Source of the DNA: Patescibacteria group bacterium
GTDB taxonomy: Bacteria; Patescibacteriota; Microgenomatia; UBA8517
DNA length: 64,000 bases
Reading direction: 5' to 3'
NCBI GenBank assembly: GCA_036835125.1
Contig: DAITMO010000001.1
Span: 421,487 to 485,486 of the forward strand
Shown here: one piece after another, positions 30,571 through 40,577 of the stretch
How the letters are laid out: each line of letters starts with the position of its first letter
Numbering within the stretch: position 1 is the first letter of the stretch
The notes under the pieces: generated by a model
The model's input: the letters and a program-made list of their open reading frames with translations, nothing else
Told to the model about the DNA's origin: nothing
The model's database searches: none
Program-made: the position numbers and the translations under genes

Positions 30571-33500
30571 ATGACAAAAGCGTATTTTGAACCCGTTAAC
30601 TTGCAGGTTAACTTTCCTGAGCTTGAGAAAGCATTACTTGATAAGTGGTATAAAAAAGGGATTGTTAAGAAGTATTTAGGAAGAAACAAAAACTCCAAGA
30701 AATATTTTAGCTTTATAGATGGACCTATTACAGCCAACAATCCAATGGGGGTACATCATGCTTGGGGAAGAACATATAAAGATCTTTGGCAGAGATTTAA
30801 AAATATGCAAGGTTACCGACAAAGGTTTCAAAATGGATTTGATTGTCAGGGTCTATGGGTAGAGGTTGAAGTAGAAAAGGAACTGGGTTTTAAAAATAAA
30901 AAAGATATTGAAGAATTTGGAGTTGCCAAGTTTGTTCAGCTTTGCCGTGATAGAGTTAAAAAATATTCAGAGATCCAAACTGATCAAAGTAAACGTTTAG
31001 GGTACTTTATGGACTGGGAACATTCCTATTACACATTGGGAGAGGACAACAACTATATGATTTGGCATTTTTTGAAGGTATGTAATGAAAAAGGTTGGAT
31101 ATATAAAGGTCAGGATGCTGCTCCCTGGTGTCCAAGATGTGAGACTGCCATTTCTCAGCACGAAATGCTAACTGAAGATTATAAAGAACTAACTCATGAT
31201 TCAGTGTTTTTGGCTTTCCCTGTTGTGGGATCTGACGAAGAGTATTTAATGGTTTGGACAACAACACCATGGACAATACCTGCAAACGTAGCGGTTGCTT
31301 TGGATGCAGATTTAGATTATGTTCTAGTTGAAACAGAAAAGAAAAAATATTGGGTTGCTAAAGAAGCAAAAGAAAGAATTTTTGCAGGAGTTAAGATTAA
31401 GGAAATTAAATCTACAAAAGGATCTAAGCTTGTTGGATTAAGATATAAAGGAGCTTTTGATAATCTTTCTAAAGTTTTTGAAGCTGCCAAAAATGATAAA
31501 TTCCATACAGTTGTAGCAACAGACGACCAGATTTTGCCAATTAGTACTGAGGAAGGAACTGGAATGGTACATATTGCAACTTCCTCTGGTTCTGAAGACT
31601 TTAATCTTGGTAAAAAGCTTGGACTTCCTGTAATAAAAGTAATTCATGATGATGCTTCCTATTTGGACAATTTAGGGTTTTTGTCGAATCAAAATGCTAA
31701 AAAACATCCTGAACTTATTGTTGATTTTCTTCAAAAAGAAAATGAGGATGGAAAACACTTTGTCTATAAGGTTGAAAAATATACTCACAGATATCCAGCT
31801 TGTTGGAGATGTAAAACAGAGCTTGTTTGGAAGATAACTGATGAATGGTACATCTCAATGGATAAACCTGCAAAGATTCAAAGTGTAAAACACCAAAATT
31901 CTACATTGGATGATTGGAGTAGGGAAGAACAACCCAAAGAAGAACCTGACACAAGAACCTTAAGAGAAAGAATGAAGGCGGTTGCTGAGAAAATCACTTG
32001 GATTCCAGGATTTGGGTTAGATCGTGAAATGGATTGGCTTACTAACATGCACGATTGGTTGATAAGTAAAAAGAATAGATATTGGGGTTTGGCACTTCCT
32101 ATTTGGGAATGCACCAAATGTCATCATTTTGAAGTGGTTGGATCAAAGGAAGAGTTGGAAGAAAAAGCGGTTGAAGGAATTAAGGAATTTAAAGACAAAA
32201 CTCCTCATAAACCACAAATTGATGCAGTAAAAATCAAATGTGAGAAGTGTGGGAACATTATGAATAGAATAGAACCTGTAGGGAATCCATGGTTAGATGC
32301 TGGAATTGTACCTTTTTCTACCATAAGTAGGGACAACAAAGCCTGTAACTTTGAAAAGACTAATAGAAAACCTTTGTATGTTGAGGATAAAGAGGAGTGG
32401 CAAAAATGGTTTCCTGCAAATTTTATTACAGAGAGCTTCCCTGGACAGTTTAAAAATTGGTTCTATGCCCTAATTGCAATGAGTACAGTTCTTGAAGACA
32501 CAAATCCATATAAAACTGTTTTGGGATTCGGTACTTTACTTGGAGAGGATGGAAGGCCCATGCATAAAAGTTGGGGTAATTCTATTGAATTTAATGAAGG
32601 TGCAGATAAGATTGGGGCAGATGTTATGAGATGGATGTATGTGAGGAGTAACCCTTCTGATAATATGTTATTTGGTTACAAAATTGCAGATGAGGTAAGG
32701 CGAAGGTTCCATCTTAAACTTTGGAATGTCTATAACTTCTTTATCACATATGCCAACTTGGATGGTTGGAAACCAGGCTTTCATAAAAAACCAGGGAAAT
32801 TGACAGGCGCTTTAGATAGGTGGATTATTTCAAGACTAAATGAAACTGTTGGATTGGTAACTAAAGCTCTTGAAAAACATGATGCGATGTTTGCTTCAAA
32901 TGAAATTGAAAAATTTGTTGACGATTTGTCGCTTTGGTATGTGAGGCGTTCTCGCGATAGAGTAGGACCTGCTAAAGAATCTGAAAAGGATGCTAATGCA
33001 TTTTATTCAACAACCTATTATGTTCTTTATACTGTTTCTAAGCTTCTTGCTCCATTTACACCTTTTATTGCTGATTTTATTTATACAAATTTAACAAGAG
33101 AGACTTCCGTTCACTTAACAGATTGGCCAGAAACAATTGAAGTTGACAAAAAAGACTTAATTTTAATAAAGGAAATGGAAGAAGTCCGAGAAATAGTTGA
33201 GAAAGTACATGCAAAAAGAAAAGAAGCTACGATTCCTGTAAGGCAACCTCTTTTAGAAGCCATAGTTTATGTCAAAGAAAAAGAAAATCTTTCCAAGGAG
33301 GTTTTGGAGGTGGCAAAGGTAGAACTTAATATTAAGAGTATTAAACTTGTTCAAGGAGATAAAGAGGTTAAGTTGGATACTAATATTACTCAAGAATTAT
33401 TGGAGGAAGCTATTGTTCGTGATATTGTTCGAAAAATCCAAGGTGAAAGAAAAAATCTAGGTCTTAATCTTACACAAAAGGTGGATGTGTCTTTTGAAAG

Positions 33501-33597
33501 AATTCCAAAAAGCAAAGAATTACTTGCCTGGATAGTTAAAAAAGCTCAAGTTGCAAAAATTACTGAAGGACCTTTTAAAGTCACAAAATCTTCTTAA
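30571..33597 (+). CDS. ileS: isoleucine--tRNA ligase (class I aaRS)
   Basis: 1008 aa; HIGH-region (PMGVHHAWG), GFDCQGLWVE (GwDchGlP-like), DWLISKKNRYWGLALPIW (IleRS DWcISRQRyWG-like) and MHKSWGN (KMSKS variant). IleRS versus ValRS decided by these motifs only. Confidence 0.75.
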   Translation: MTKAYFEPVNLQVNFPELEKALLDKWYKKGIVKKYLGRNKNSKKYFSFIDGPITANNPMGVHHAWGRTYKDLWQRFKNMQGYRQRFQNGFDCQGLWVEVEVEKELGFKNKKDIEEFGVAKFVQLCRDRVKKYSEIQTDQSKRLGYFMDWEHSYYTLGEDNNYMIWHFLKVCNEKGWIYKGQDAAPWCPRCETAISQHEMLTEDYKELTHDSVFLAFPVVGSDEEYLMVWTTTPWTIPANVAVALDADLDYVLVETEKKKYWVAKEAKERIFAGVKIKEIKSTKGSKLVGLRYKGAFDNLSKVFEAAKNDKFHTVVATDDQILPISTEEGTGMVHIATSSGSEDFNLGKKLGLPVIKVIHDDASYLDNLGFLSNQNAKKHPELIVDFLQKENEDGKHFVYKVEKYTHRYPACWRCKTELVWKITDEWYISMDKPAKIQSVKHQNSTLDDWSREEQPKEEPDTRTLRERMKAVAEKITWIPGFGLDREMDWLTNMHDWLISKKNRYWGLALPIWECTKCHHFEVVGSKEELEEKAVEGIKEFKDKTPHKPQIDAVKIKCEKCGNIMNRIEPVGNPWLDAGIVPFSTISRDNKACNFEKTNRKPLYVEDKEEWQKWFPANFITESFPGQFKNWFYALIAMSTVLEDTNPYKTVLGFGTLLGEDGRPMHKSWGNSIEFNEGADKIGADVMRWMYVRSNPSDNMLFGYKIADEVRRRFHLKLWNVYNFFITYANLDGWKPGFHKKPGKLTGALDRWIISRLNETVGLVTKALEKHDAMFASNEIEKFVDDLSLWYVRRSRDRVGPAKESEKDANAFYSTTYYVLYTVSKLLAPFTPFIADFIYTNLTRETSVHLTDWPETIEVDKKDLILIKEMEEVREIVEKVHAKRKEATIPVRQPLLEAIVYVKEKENLSKEVLEVAKVELNIKSIKLVQGDKEVKLDTNITQELLEEAIVRDIVRKIQGERKNLGLNLTQKVDVSFERIPKSKELLAWIVKKAQVAKITEGPFKVTKSS

Positions 33598-33599
33598 AA

Positions 33600-34646
33600 A
33601 TGCGTAAATTTTTATTCAAAGATCCACTTATGGGTGGGTCAATTATGTTTTTAATGGTCTTTAGTTCACTTGTTTTAAATTCTCTAGATAATACACTTTT
33701 TCCACAGTACTTTTTATATATTTTTCTAGGTATTGCTGTCTTTATCATTTTTTCACTTATCGATTTTGATATTATTTCTCTTTTTTCAAAACATTTTTAT
33801 ATTATTAGTCTTGTGCTTTTGGCTGGAACTTTAATACTGGGGCAAGTTACAAGAGGAACTGTACGCTGGATTCAGCTGGGTGCTGGGAGTTTTCAGCCTG
33901 CAGAATTAGTTAGACCTTTTTTGCTTCTTTTCTTTGCAAACTATCTTGGTGGTGGAGAAATAAGTTTGAAAAAATTTGGAAAGGCTTTATTTTTACTCAT
34001 AATTCCAGTTGTTTTGATTTTAGTTCAACCTTCACTAGGGGTATCAATACTAACTACAGTGGGTTTTTTGGGTGTACTATTGGCGTCGAGGTTTAAAAAG
34101 AAATACATATTAATAGGATTTTTGATTTGTTTAGCTTTGCTTCCTGTGGGATGGAAAGTAATGGCTCCATATCAAAAAGAAAGGATTACAACGTTTTTAA
34201 ATCCCACAAGTGATCCAAAAGGTGCAGGGTATAACAGTATTCAAGCGACAATTGCAGCTGGCTCTGGAAAAATATTTGGAACAGGTTTGGGGAAGGGTGT
34301 ACAAACACAACTTGCGTTCTTGCCTGAAAAACAAACAGATTTCATTTTTGCTTCCACCGCAGAAGAACTTGGTCTATTTGGAGTTCTTCTGGTTTTGACT
34401 GCAAGTTTCATAATTCTTTGGAGGTTAACAAAAATTATGGAAAACTCAATTAATCCAAGTGGTAGAGCTTATGTTGCAGGATTCTTTTTAACATATATTC
34501 TTCAGATTTTTGTACATGCAGGTATGAATATGGGAATGCTTCCTATTACAGGTCTTCCTTTTCCCCTTCTCTCAGCTGGTGGTTCATCACTTTTAGCTAC
34601 AATGATAGGATTTGGGATTGCGCTAGGTGCATACAAAAAGAACTAA
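33600..34646 (+). CDS. rodA: SEDS family peptidoglycan glycosyltransferase RodA-like
   Basis: 10-TM protein with NPTSDPKGAGYNSIQATIAAGSGKIFGTGLG and LPEKQTDFIFA motifs; second SEDS paralog, outside the dcw cluster. Confidence 0.8.
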   Translation: MRKFLFKDPLMGGSIMFLMVFSSLVLNSLDNTLFPQYFLYIFLGIAVFIIFSLIDFDIISLFSKHFYIISLVLLAGTLILGQVTRGTVRWIQLGAGSFQPAELVRPFLLLFFANYLGGGEISLKKFGKALFLLIIPVVLILVQPSLGVSILTTVGFLGVLLASRFKKKYILIGFLICLALLPVGWKVMAPYQKERITTFLNPTSDPKGAGYNSIQATIAAGSGKIFGTGLGKGVQTQLAFLPEKQTDFIFASTAEELGLFGVLLVLTASFIILWRLTKIMENSINPSGRAYVAGFFLTYILQIFVHAGMNMGMLPITGLPFPLLSAGGSSLLATMIGFGIALGAYKKN

Positions 34647-34686
34647 TCTTGTTTTTAGGTTCATATTCAAATATAATACACAATAT

Positions 34687-34989
34687 ATGAAATACGCAGT
34701 TATCAGAATTGGTGGAAAACAGTATAAAGTTGAGGAAAAAGAGGAGATTCTAGTTGATAAACTTGTAGATCCTAAAAAATTTGTTTCTGAAACTCTTCTT
34801 GTTGTTGATGGAGAAAAGGTTGAAGTAGGTAAGCCTACACTTAAAACAGAAGTTAAACTCAAGGTAGTTTCTGAAATGGAAAAAGGGGAGAAAGTTGAAA
34901 TTTATAAATTCAAAGCTAAAAGCAGATACAAAAGACACACTGGTTTTAGAGCTCAATATTCAAAGCTTCTAGTTGAGAAGATTGGTTAA
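34687..34989 (+). CDS. rplU: 50S ribosomal protein L21
   Basis: MKYAVIRIGGKQYKVEEKE canonical L21 N-terminus. Start moved from the tracked 34627 to the ATG at 34687. Confidence 0.85.
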   Translation: MKYAVIRIGGKQYKVEEKEEILVDKLVDPKKFVSETLLVVDGEKVEVGKPTLKTEVKLKVVSEMEKGEKVEIYKFKAKSRYKRHTGFRAQYSKLLVEKIG

Positions 34990-35067
34990 TATATCAATCT
35001 ATAACTTTCTGTCCTCTTGACAACTGTGAAAACATCAATTATATTGTCATAAGTTCAATTAACTAAT

Positions 35068-35319
35068 ATGTCAACACACAAAGCGGGAGGAAAAGCTTCA
35101 CAACATGTAAGTCCAGAAGGCAAAAGGCTTGGCCCAAAAGTTTCTGATGGTCAAAAAGTAGGAAAAGGAGAAATTTTAATTAGACAAAGAGGAACAAAGT
35201 TTGCAAAAGGAGTAGGGGTCAAAGAAGGACGCGATCACAGCCTTTATTCTATTGTTGATGGTGTAGTTAAAGTAGGGAAAAAGTTGGGTAAGCAGGTAAT
35301 ATCTGTGGTTTCCAAATAA
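35068..35319 (+). CDS. rpmA: 50S ribosomal protein L27
   Basis: MSTHKAGGKASQHVSPEGKRLGPK ... canonical L27. Confidence 0.9.
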   Translation: MSTHKAGGKASQHVSPEGKRLGPKVSDGQKVGKGEILIRQRGTKFAKGVGVKEGRDHSLYSIVDGVVKVGKKLGKQVISVVSK

Positions 35320-35320
35320 C

Positions 35321-36169
35321 ATGGCAGAAGAAATAATACAGTTAGACATTAATCAGCTTCAACCAAATCCTCTTCAGCCTCGTGGAGCAATTACTCCTGA
35401 AAGTTTAGTAGATCTTGTTGATTCAATTCGTGAGCATGGGATACTGGAACCCTTAGTTGTTGCCAAAACGCCAGCAGGTTTCCAAATTATTGCAGGAGAA
35501 AGACGTTGGAGAGCTTCAAAATTAGCAGGTCTTACACATGTACCAGTAATTATTCGTGAAACTTCTCCAAAAGGCATGCTTGAGATGGCTCTTGTTGAGA
35601 ATGTACAAAGAGTTGATCTTAACCCTCTAGACCGCGCTAAGGGCTTTGAGAGGCTTATGAACGAGTTTGGACTAACCACCAGTGAAATTGCCGTCAGAAT
35701 CGGTAAAAGTGTTGCTTATGTAAGTAATTCCTTAAGACTTCTTTCTTTACCAGATGCTTTAAAAGATGGACTTTTATCAGGGCTCATTAGTGAAGGACAT
35801 GCAAGGGCATTGGCTGCAATCGATGATAGTAATCTCATGATTGAGGCCTACAAAATAGTACTTAAGGAAAGCGGTTCAGTCAGAAGGGCAGAAGAGCTTG
35901 CAAGAAGAATGAAAGTTAAAAGCAATCAGGAAGCTAGAAAAAATGATGAGCATGTTAGGATTGTTTCTGAGGAAATCGATAAAATGCAAGAAACAATGGA
36001 AAAGGCGCTTGCTGTCAGGTTAGAGAATGGGACAGAAAGTATAAGAAAGAATTCAGTAAAGTTAATAAGAAGTAGACGCGAGACAAGAGTTGTTTTTATA
36101 CTTAAAGGTGGGCTTGATGAAACAGAAGCTACACTTCAAAGAATCTATAAATCAGTTACTTCAGAATAA
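35321..36169 (+). CDS. parB: ParB/Spo0J family partition protein
   Basis: ParB N-terminal domain: LQPNPLQPRG, PLVVAKTPAGFQIIAGERRWRASKLAG, HTH segment; no parA adjacent. Confidence 0.85.
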   Translation: MAEEIIQLDINQLQPNPLQPRGAITPESLVDLVDSIREHGILEPLVVAKTPAGFQIIAGERRWRASKLAGLTHVPVIIRETSPKGMLEMALVENVQRVDLNPLDRAKGFERLMNEFGLTTSEIAVRIGKSVAYVSNSLRLLSLPDALKDGLLSGLISEGHARALAAIDDSNLMIEAYKIVLKESGSVRRAEELARRMKVKSNQEARKNDEHVRIVSEEIDKMQETMEKALAVRLENGTESIRKNSVKLIRSRRETRVVFILKGGLDETEATLQRIYKSVTSE

Positions 36170-36175
36170 TTTTTG

Positions 36176-36739
36176 TTATTCGGAAAATGAATAAATTGGA
36201 GTTCCAACATTACCTGCAAGTTTTAGTGGCCAATAGATAATCCAAGCACGCCCGCTCATAGATTTTTTAGTAATAGGTCCCCAATATCTTGAGTCTGAGG
36301 AATTTGGGCGATTATCTCCCATTACAAAATATTCTTCTTCAGGAACAACATAATTTTCTCCTTCTTCAAGAAACGCTCCACTTCCTGTGCATACAGCATT
36401 TTCGATATATGGTTCATTTAATAATTTTCCGTTTATATATATTTTGCAGTCTTTAATCATTATACTTTCACCAGGTAGAGCAATAACTCTTTTAATATAT
36501 TCATCCAAATTGGTTACTGGTGGAGTGAAAACCACAACATCACCTCTTTCAGGATTTCTAAGATAGTAGCTTACTTTTTCTGTTAATAAGTATTCACTGT
36601 CAGGAAAATTTGGCATCATGGATTGACCATCAATTTTGTGAGGACGCATTATAAGAAGATAGACAAAAAAGAAGATTCCAACAGCAAAAACAATTACTTC
36701 AAAAACATCCAAAAAAAATGAGCCCAAACGTTTAAACAT
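36176..36739 (-). CDS. lepB: signal peptidase I
   Basis: S26 motifs GQSMMPNF (Ser), YIKRVIALPG (Lys), GDNRPNSSDSRYWG. Confidence 0.85.
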   Translation of the reverse strand: MFKRLGSFFLDVFEVIVFAVGIFFFVYLLIMRPHKIDGQSMMPNFPDSEYLLTEKVSYYLRNPERGDVVVFTPPVTNLDEYIKRVIALPGESIMIKDCKIYINGKLLNEPYIENAVCTGSGAFLEEGENYVVPEEEYFVMGDNRPNSSDSRYWGPITKKSMSGRAWIIYWPLKLAGNVGTPIYSFSE

Positions 36740-36777
36740 ATTTCATTATATTTGTCTAAGAGGTAACTTTACAAGGA

Positions 36778-37812
36778 CTACCTTACATTAACATCGTGTG
36801 CTCCGTTTTCTCTTGCGCCAAGCGTGCTCACTCTAATAAATTTTGCTTTTTCCCAAAGTTCCTCTATATTCTTTGCACCTTCATATGAAAAACCTGACCG
36901 AATATTCTCTAATATGTTTTCTAAGTTTGGTGCAAGCTCACCAATATATGGAACAAGGGTTGCCACTCCTTCAATATGTTTTACTCCAGTTTTTGATCTT
37001 TTTGCTTTTTCAGCAATTGAAGTTGATCCGTTATATTCTTTATATTCAATTCCATCCTTTGTTACTATTCTTCCTGCGGTTTCTTTAAGACCAGCAAACA
37101 TGTGTCCCGTCATAACCGCTGATCCTCCCGCAGCGAGCCCTTTCACTATATCTCCAGAATTTTTCATACCACCATCACAAATTAACGTTTTCTTGTATTT
37201 TCTTGCAGCTTTTGCACAATCAAGCATTGCAGTTATTTGAGGAACACCACAACCGGTTTGAATTCTTGTAATACATGTTGATCCAGGTCCAACTCCAACT
37301 TTTACACAGTCAGCTCCTGCTTTAAAAAGGTCATTGGCAGCTTCATAGGTGGCAGCATTTCCTGAAACAATTCCAACCTTATTACCAAATAGACTTCTTA
37401 ATTTTTTGGTCATTTCTATAGCTTGAAACATGTGTCCATGAGCAACATCTAGAACTAGTAGATCTACACCGGCAGAAACAAGTAGTTTAGCTCTTTTTGT
37501 ACTTTCTTCACGTACTCCGACAGCAGCTCCAACCTTTACCCTTTCCTTTTTTACTTTTTCTACAATTTTTGCTTCTTCTTCTGATGTTGAAAATCTTGGA
37601 ATAATCCCAAGTCCTCCAAGTTTTCCTAGGGCAATTGCAAAATTAGCATCAGTTATAGTACTCATGTTGGAGCTAATTAAAGGTATATCTAGTTTTAAGT
37701 CAGGAGTAATTTGAGTTGAGAGATCGACTTCAGACCTACTTTTTATCTCAGAATATTGAGGTACCAATAATACATCGTCGTAGGACAGACCGAGAGAAAA
37801 TTTTTGATCCAT
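36778..37812 (-). CDS. IMP dehydrogenase/GMP reductase family enzyme lacking CBS domains
   Basis: TIM-barrel IMPDH signature IVSGNAATYEAANDLFKAGADCVKVGVGPGSTCITRIQTGCGVPQ (catalytic Cys), 344 aa, no CBS pair. Confidence 0.8.
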   Translation of the reverse strand: MDQKFSLGLSYDDVLLVPQYSEIKSRSEVDLSTQITPDLKLDIPLISSNMSTITDANFAIALGKLGGLGIIPRFSTSEEEAKIVEKVKKERVKVGAAVGVREESTKRAKLLVSAGVDLLVLDVAHGHMFQAIEMTKKLRSLFGNKVGIVSGNAATYEAANDLFKAGADCVKVGVGPGSTCITRIQTGCGVPQITAMLDCAKAARKYKKTLICDGGMKNSGDIVKGLAAGGSAVMTGHMFAGLKETAGRIVTKDGIEYKEYNGSTSIAEKAKRSKTGVKHIEGVATLVPYIGELAPNLENILENIRSGFSYEGAKNIEELWEKAKFIRVSTLGARENGAHDVNVR

Positions 37813-37899
37813 ATTTTGTAATGTCCATATGGATCATTACAGTTAAATTTATTTTAATTTACCCTTTCTGTCAATATGTTAGAATATGTCAGTTGGTAA

Positions 37900-37971
37900 G
37901 GACGACTGGCTCAGTGGTAGAGCGCTTCGTTCACATCGAAGAGGCCGTTGGTTCGAATCCAACGTCGTCCA
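37900..37971 (+). tRNA. tRNA-Val (anticodon CAC)
   Basis: Hand-folded cloverleaf: acceptor ggacgac/gtcgtcc, D-arm gctc-agtggta-gagc, anticodon arm cttcg-ttCACat-cgaag, T-arm gttgg-ttcgaat-ccaac, discriminator A, CCA not encoded; 72 nt. Confidence 0.85.
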
Positions 37972-37976
37972 CAAGA

Positions 37977-38642
37977 ATGAAAAAAATATTATTTATTGTA
38001 ACACTAATTATTCTTGTTTCTGTTCCTATTTTTACTATTTTTAAAGCATTTGATCCATCTTTTGTTTTAGAATATCCAACAAGAATAACTAATTTTATTG
38101 AAAGAGGTTTGGGCCTTATTGTTTTTAACCTTCTTTTCGTTCAAATAATTTTAGGAGCTTTTGTGGAAAAATTTGCAAAAAAGCTAGGACAATGGGTGTT
38201 TAAATTTCATACATTTAATGGAATTTTTGTGTATTTACTTGTATTTCTTCACGCTTTTTCTTATGTAATGATTAATTATTTTTCTGGTCATGGAATGGAT
38301 CCTTATGTAGCATTTATTAACGTGTGTTTAATATGCAAAGAACCCGCTAATTATTATCTAACAATAGGAAGAATAAGCTTTTGGATATTAACAATCGGTG
38401 TTTTTGCAGCAATATTCAGAAAATACAATTCATGGTTTAGTAGAAACTGGAGAAATTTGCACATTGTAAACTACATTGTGTTTATTTTTGTAGCCATACA
38501 CGGTTTTCTTCTTGGTACAGACTTTAAGATAATGCCATTTTTTGCATTGGCAATTATTGAAACAATTTGTGTTTTACTAATTTTGGTATTTGTTAAAATT
38601 CCTCAACTTCAAAAGTCTATTAATAATTGGTTAAGAAGCTAA
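37977..38642 (+). CDS. polytopic membrane protein with conserved His pairs (possible ferric-reductase/MsrQ-like heme-binding TM domain)
   Basis: 221 aa, ~6 TM segments, His in consecutive helices (FHTFNG, LHAFSY, LHIVNY, AIHGF). Tracked ORF 37716..38642 trimmed because its first 87 codons run across tRNA-Val. Confidence 0.4.
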   Translation: MKKILFIVTLIILVSVPIFTIFKAFDPSFVLEYPTRITNFIERGLGLIVFNLLFVQIILGAFVEKFAKKLGQWVFKFHTFNGIFVYLLVFLHAFSYVMINYFSGHGMDPYVAFINVCLICKEPANYYLTIGRISFWILTIGVFAAIFRKYNSWFSRNWRNLHIVNYIVFIFVAIHGFLLGTDFKIMPFFALAIIETICVLLILVFVKIPQLQKSINNWLRS

Positions 38643-38643
38643 T

Positions 38644-40467
38644 TTATCTACGGTACCTAATCCACCATTTCCAAAACCCATGCCAGAAGATTGGAAAATG
38701 TGGCTTTTTGTATTCTTTAACTTCATGAATAGGATTAATATTAACTCTTTTAGAATTAAATTCTAGTATTTTTACGTCAGTTGGTGCTTTTGAATATTTA
38801 TATTCTTTATATGAAGTTTGTCCGTTTGCAAGAAACTGATCAACTATAAGAGTTGTTCTTGAGTTATTTGGATCAAACTGTATTTGATAATTAGAATTAG
38901 TAGGATTCATTACAGCAATCATTCCGTTTTCGCTTGATATTGTTTCACCTTTCTCGTTTGTTATTTTGAAATCACCTGGATATCCAATAAGAATCAAAGC
39001 AGAAGTATCATCACTGTAGGGAGGATCATCGATTCCTGGAGAACCAAGAAAAGATAGAATTGAATTTATTCCTTCAGTTGAACCCACAAGTCCTCTATGT
39101 GATTGAGATATCACATCATTTTGAAATGCACCAAGTAATTGACTGCTATTATTAAGTACTGTTCCATCTCCTTCGTTGGTGTATTCTCTACTCACAGGTA
39201 CTCCATCAATCCAGTTTCCGAGTCTAATATCAAATTTTGAAGGGTTTATTACCTTAATAATGTCTAACGTCTTTTGGTCATTTCCTGATAAAGTTCCCAC
39301 CTTTACATTCCAGAATGGGGCAACAAAGAAGTCTGTAATAAAATTGTTTTTAACTTTCATTGAAGAAATTTCCTTTAAATTTTCTGAAGACTTGTCTCGA
39401 AGATAGGGTAGGGTGGGTAATAAGTTTTGAATTGATGGAAATAAAGATTGAACAGTTAAACGATTATTTGAATTAATACCGCCACAATGTTTCAGATAAA
39501 GATCAATTCCAATTTTTTCAATTAAATTGTTTGTCCAGACTTCCCCACCTTCCCAGGGTGCATATGAAAGAGAAGATCCTTGATGAGGCGTTCCAGCTGA
39601 ATAGTATTTTGAAAGTTTTCCTCCAGAATATTCTTCCATATAACCACGTCCAACAAGACCACCCATACTATGACCAACAAGGTTTAATTTTTCATCTTCT
39701 GAAGTGTTACTTTTTATATATTCCGACAAAAGTTGAGAATTTTCAGATACATTTTGTCTCCAATCATAATAAAAAGGTAAAGTTGTCCAACCAGCATTTT
39801 GTAAAGCTGCTAATACATTCGTATATACACTTTTAGCATAAGGTGCAAGAGACCAATTATCTCTGTTGGAAGATTTTGTACAATTTATAAAATCATTTAA
39901 ACTCCAACTTGCTCCAAGACCTGGAACAAAAACAGTTTTTGTGATTGGGGTTTCTGTGAGATCAATCAGTTTAAGATTTGTTGTAAAACAACTATTTGAA
40001 AGCGAACATCCAGAGCCTTGTAAAAAATAAACAGTATTAGATAATGCAGTAAACGTAATTTCCCAACCATCATGAGAACAATCACTGGTAGGACATATCC
40101 AATCCTTTCCACCTGAATAATTATATCCAGACGCATCGATTAAATGATTTGCTATAAAATCACCATTAGTTCCAACAAAATCAGTTTCTACAGAAAATTT
40201 ATAAGAATGATCTTTAATTGTATTTATTAAAATTGCGGGATCGTTGTTGTGAATCCAAGAAGTTGTACTGTTGACCCCATTTTGATTATAACAAAGATTA
40301 TCAAAACTTTGTCCGTCACCACCTTGCCCTGAACAGTCGGTAGTATTGCTTAGCTGCCAAACTAATGTTTCAGCAGAACATGTGTTTGGATAGAAGAAAC
40401 TAACAATAATAAAACAAACAAATAGAGAAATAAACAAACTAAACAGTTTCAAATATTCTCTTACCAT
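38644..40467 (-). CDS. secreted alpha/beta-hydrolase, lipase-like (GHSMGG nucleophile elbow)
   Basis: Signal peptide ending in a Cys-containing signal-peptide C-region (NTCSAE), VGHSMGGLVGRGY lipase class 2/PGAP1-like motif, Cys-rich N-terminal region, 607 aa. Confidence 0.6.
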   Translation of the reverse strand: MVREYLKLFSLFISLFVCFIIVSFFYPNTCSAETLVWQLSNTTDCSGQGGDGQSFDNLCYNQNGVNSTTSWIHNNDPAILINTIKDHSYKFSVETDFVGTNGDFIANHLIDASGYNYSGGKDWICPTSDCSHDGWEITFTALSNTVYFLQGSGCSLSNSCFTTNLKLIDLTETPITKTVFVPGLGASWSLNDFINCTKSSNRDNWSLAPYAKSVYTNVLAALQNAGWTTLPFYYDWRQNVSENSQLLSEYIKSNTSEDEKLNLVGHSMGGLVGRGYMEEYSGGKLSKYYSAGTPHQGSSLSYAPWEGGEVWTNNLIEKIGIDLYLKHCGGINSNNRLTVQSLFPSIQNLLPTLPYLRDKSSENLKEISSMKVKNNFITDFFVAPFWNVKVGTLSGNDQKTLDIIKVINPSKFDIRLGNWIDGVPVSREYTNEGDGTVLNNSSQLLGAFQNDVISQSHRGLVGSTEGINSILSFLGSPGIDDPPYSDDTSALILIGYPGDFKITNEKGETISSENGMIAVMNPTNSNYQIQFDPNNSRTTLIVDQFLANGQTSYKEYKYSKAPTDVKILEFNSKRVNINPIHEVKEYKKPHFPIFWHGFWKWWIRYRR

Positions 40468-40577
40468 TATCTAATTAATATTAGATATATATTAATTATT
40501 ATGTCAATATTCAATTTCATATAGTTGAGCCTTTGTATTTGATGATATTCATTTTTGTTATATGTTAAACTTGCGAT

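Noticed and set aside
34627-34686. Upstream extension of rplU (tracked start 34627)
   Set aside because: The canonical L21 N-terminus (MKYAVIRIGGKQY) starts at the ATG at 34687.
37716-37976. N-terminal 87 codons of tracked ORF 37716..38642
   Set aside because: This part is translated across tRNA-Val (37900..37971) on the same strand. Gene restarted at the ATG at 37977, where the hydrophobic N-terminus begins.
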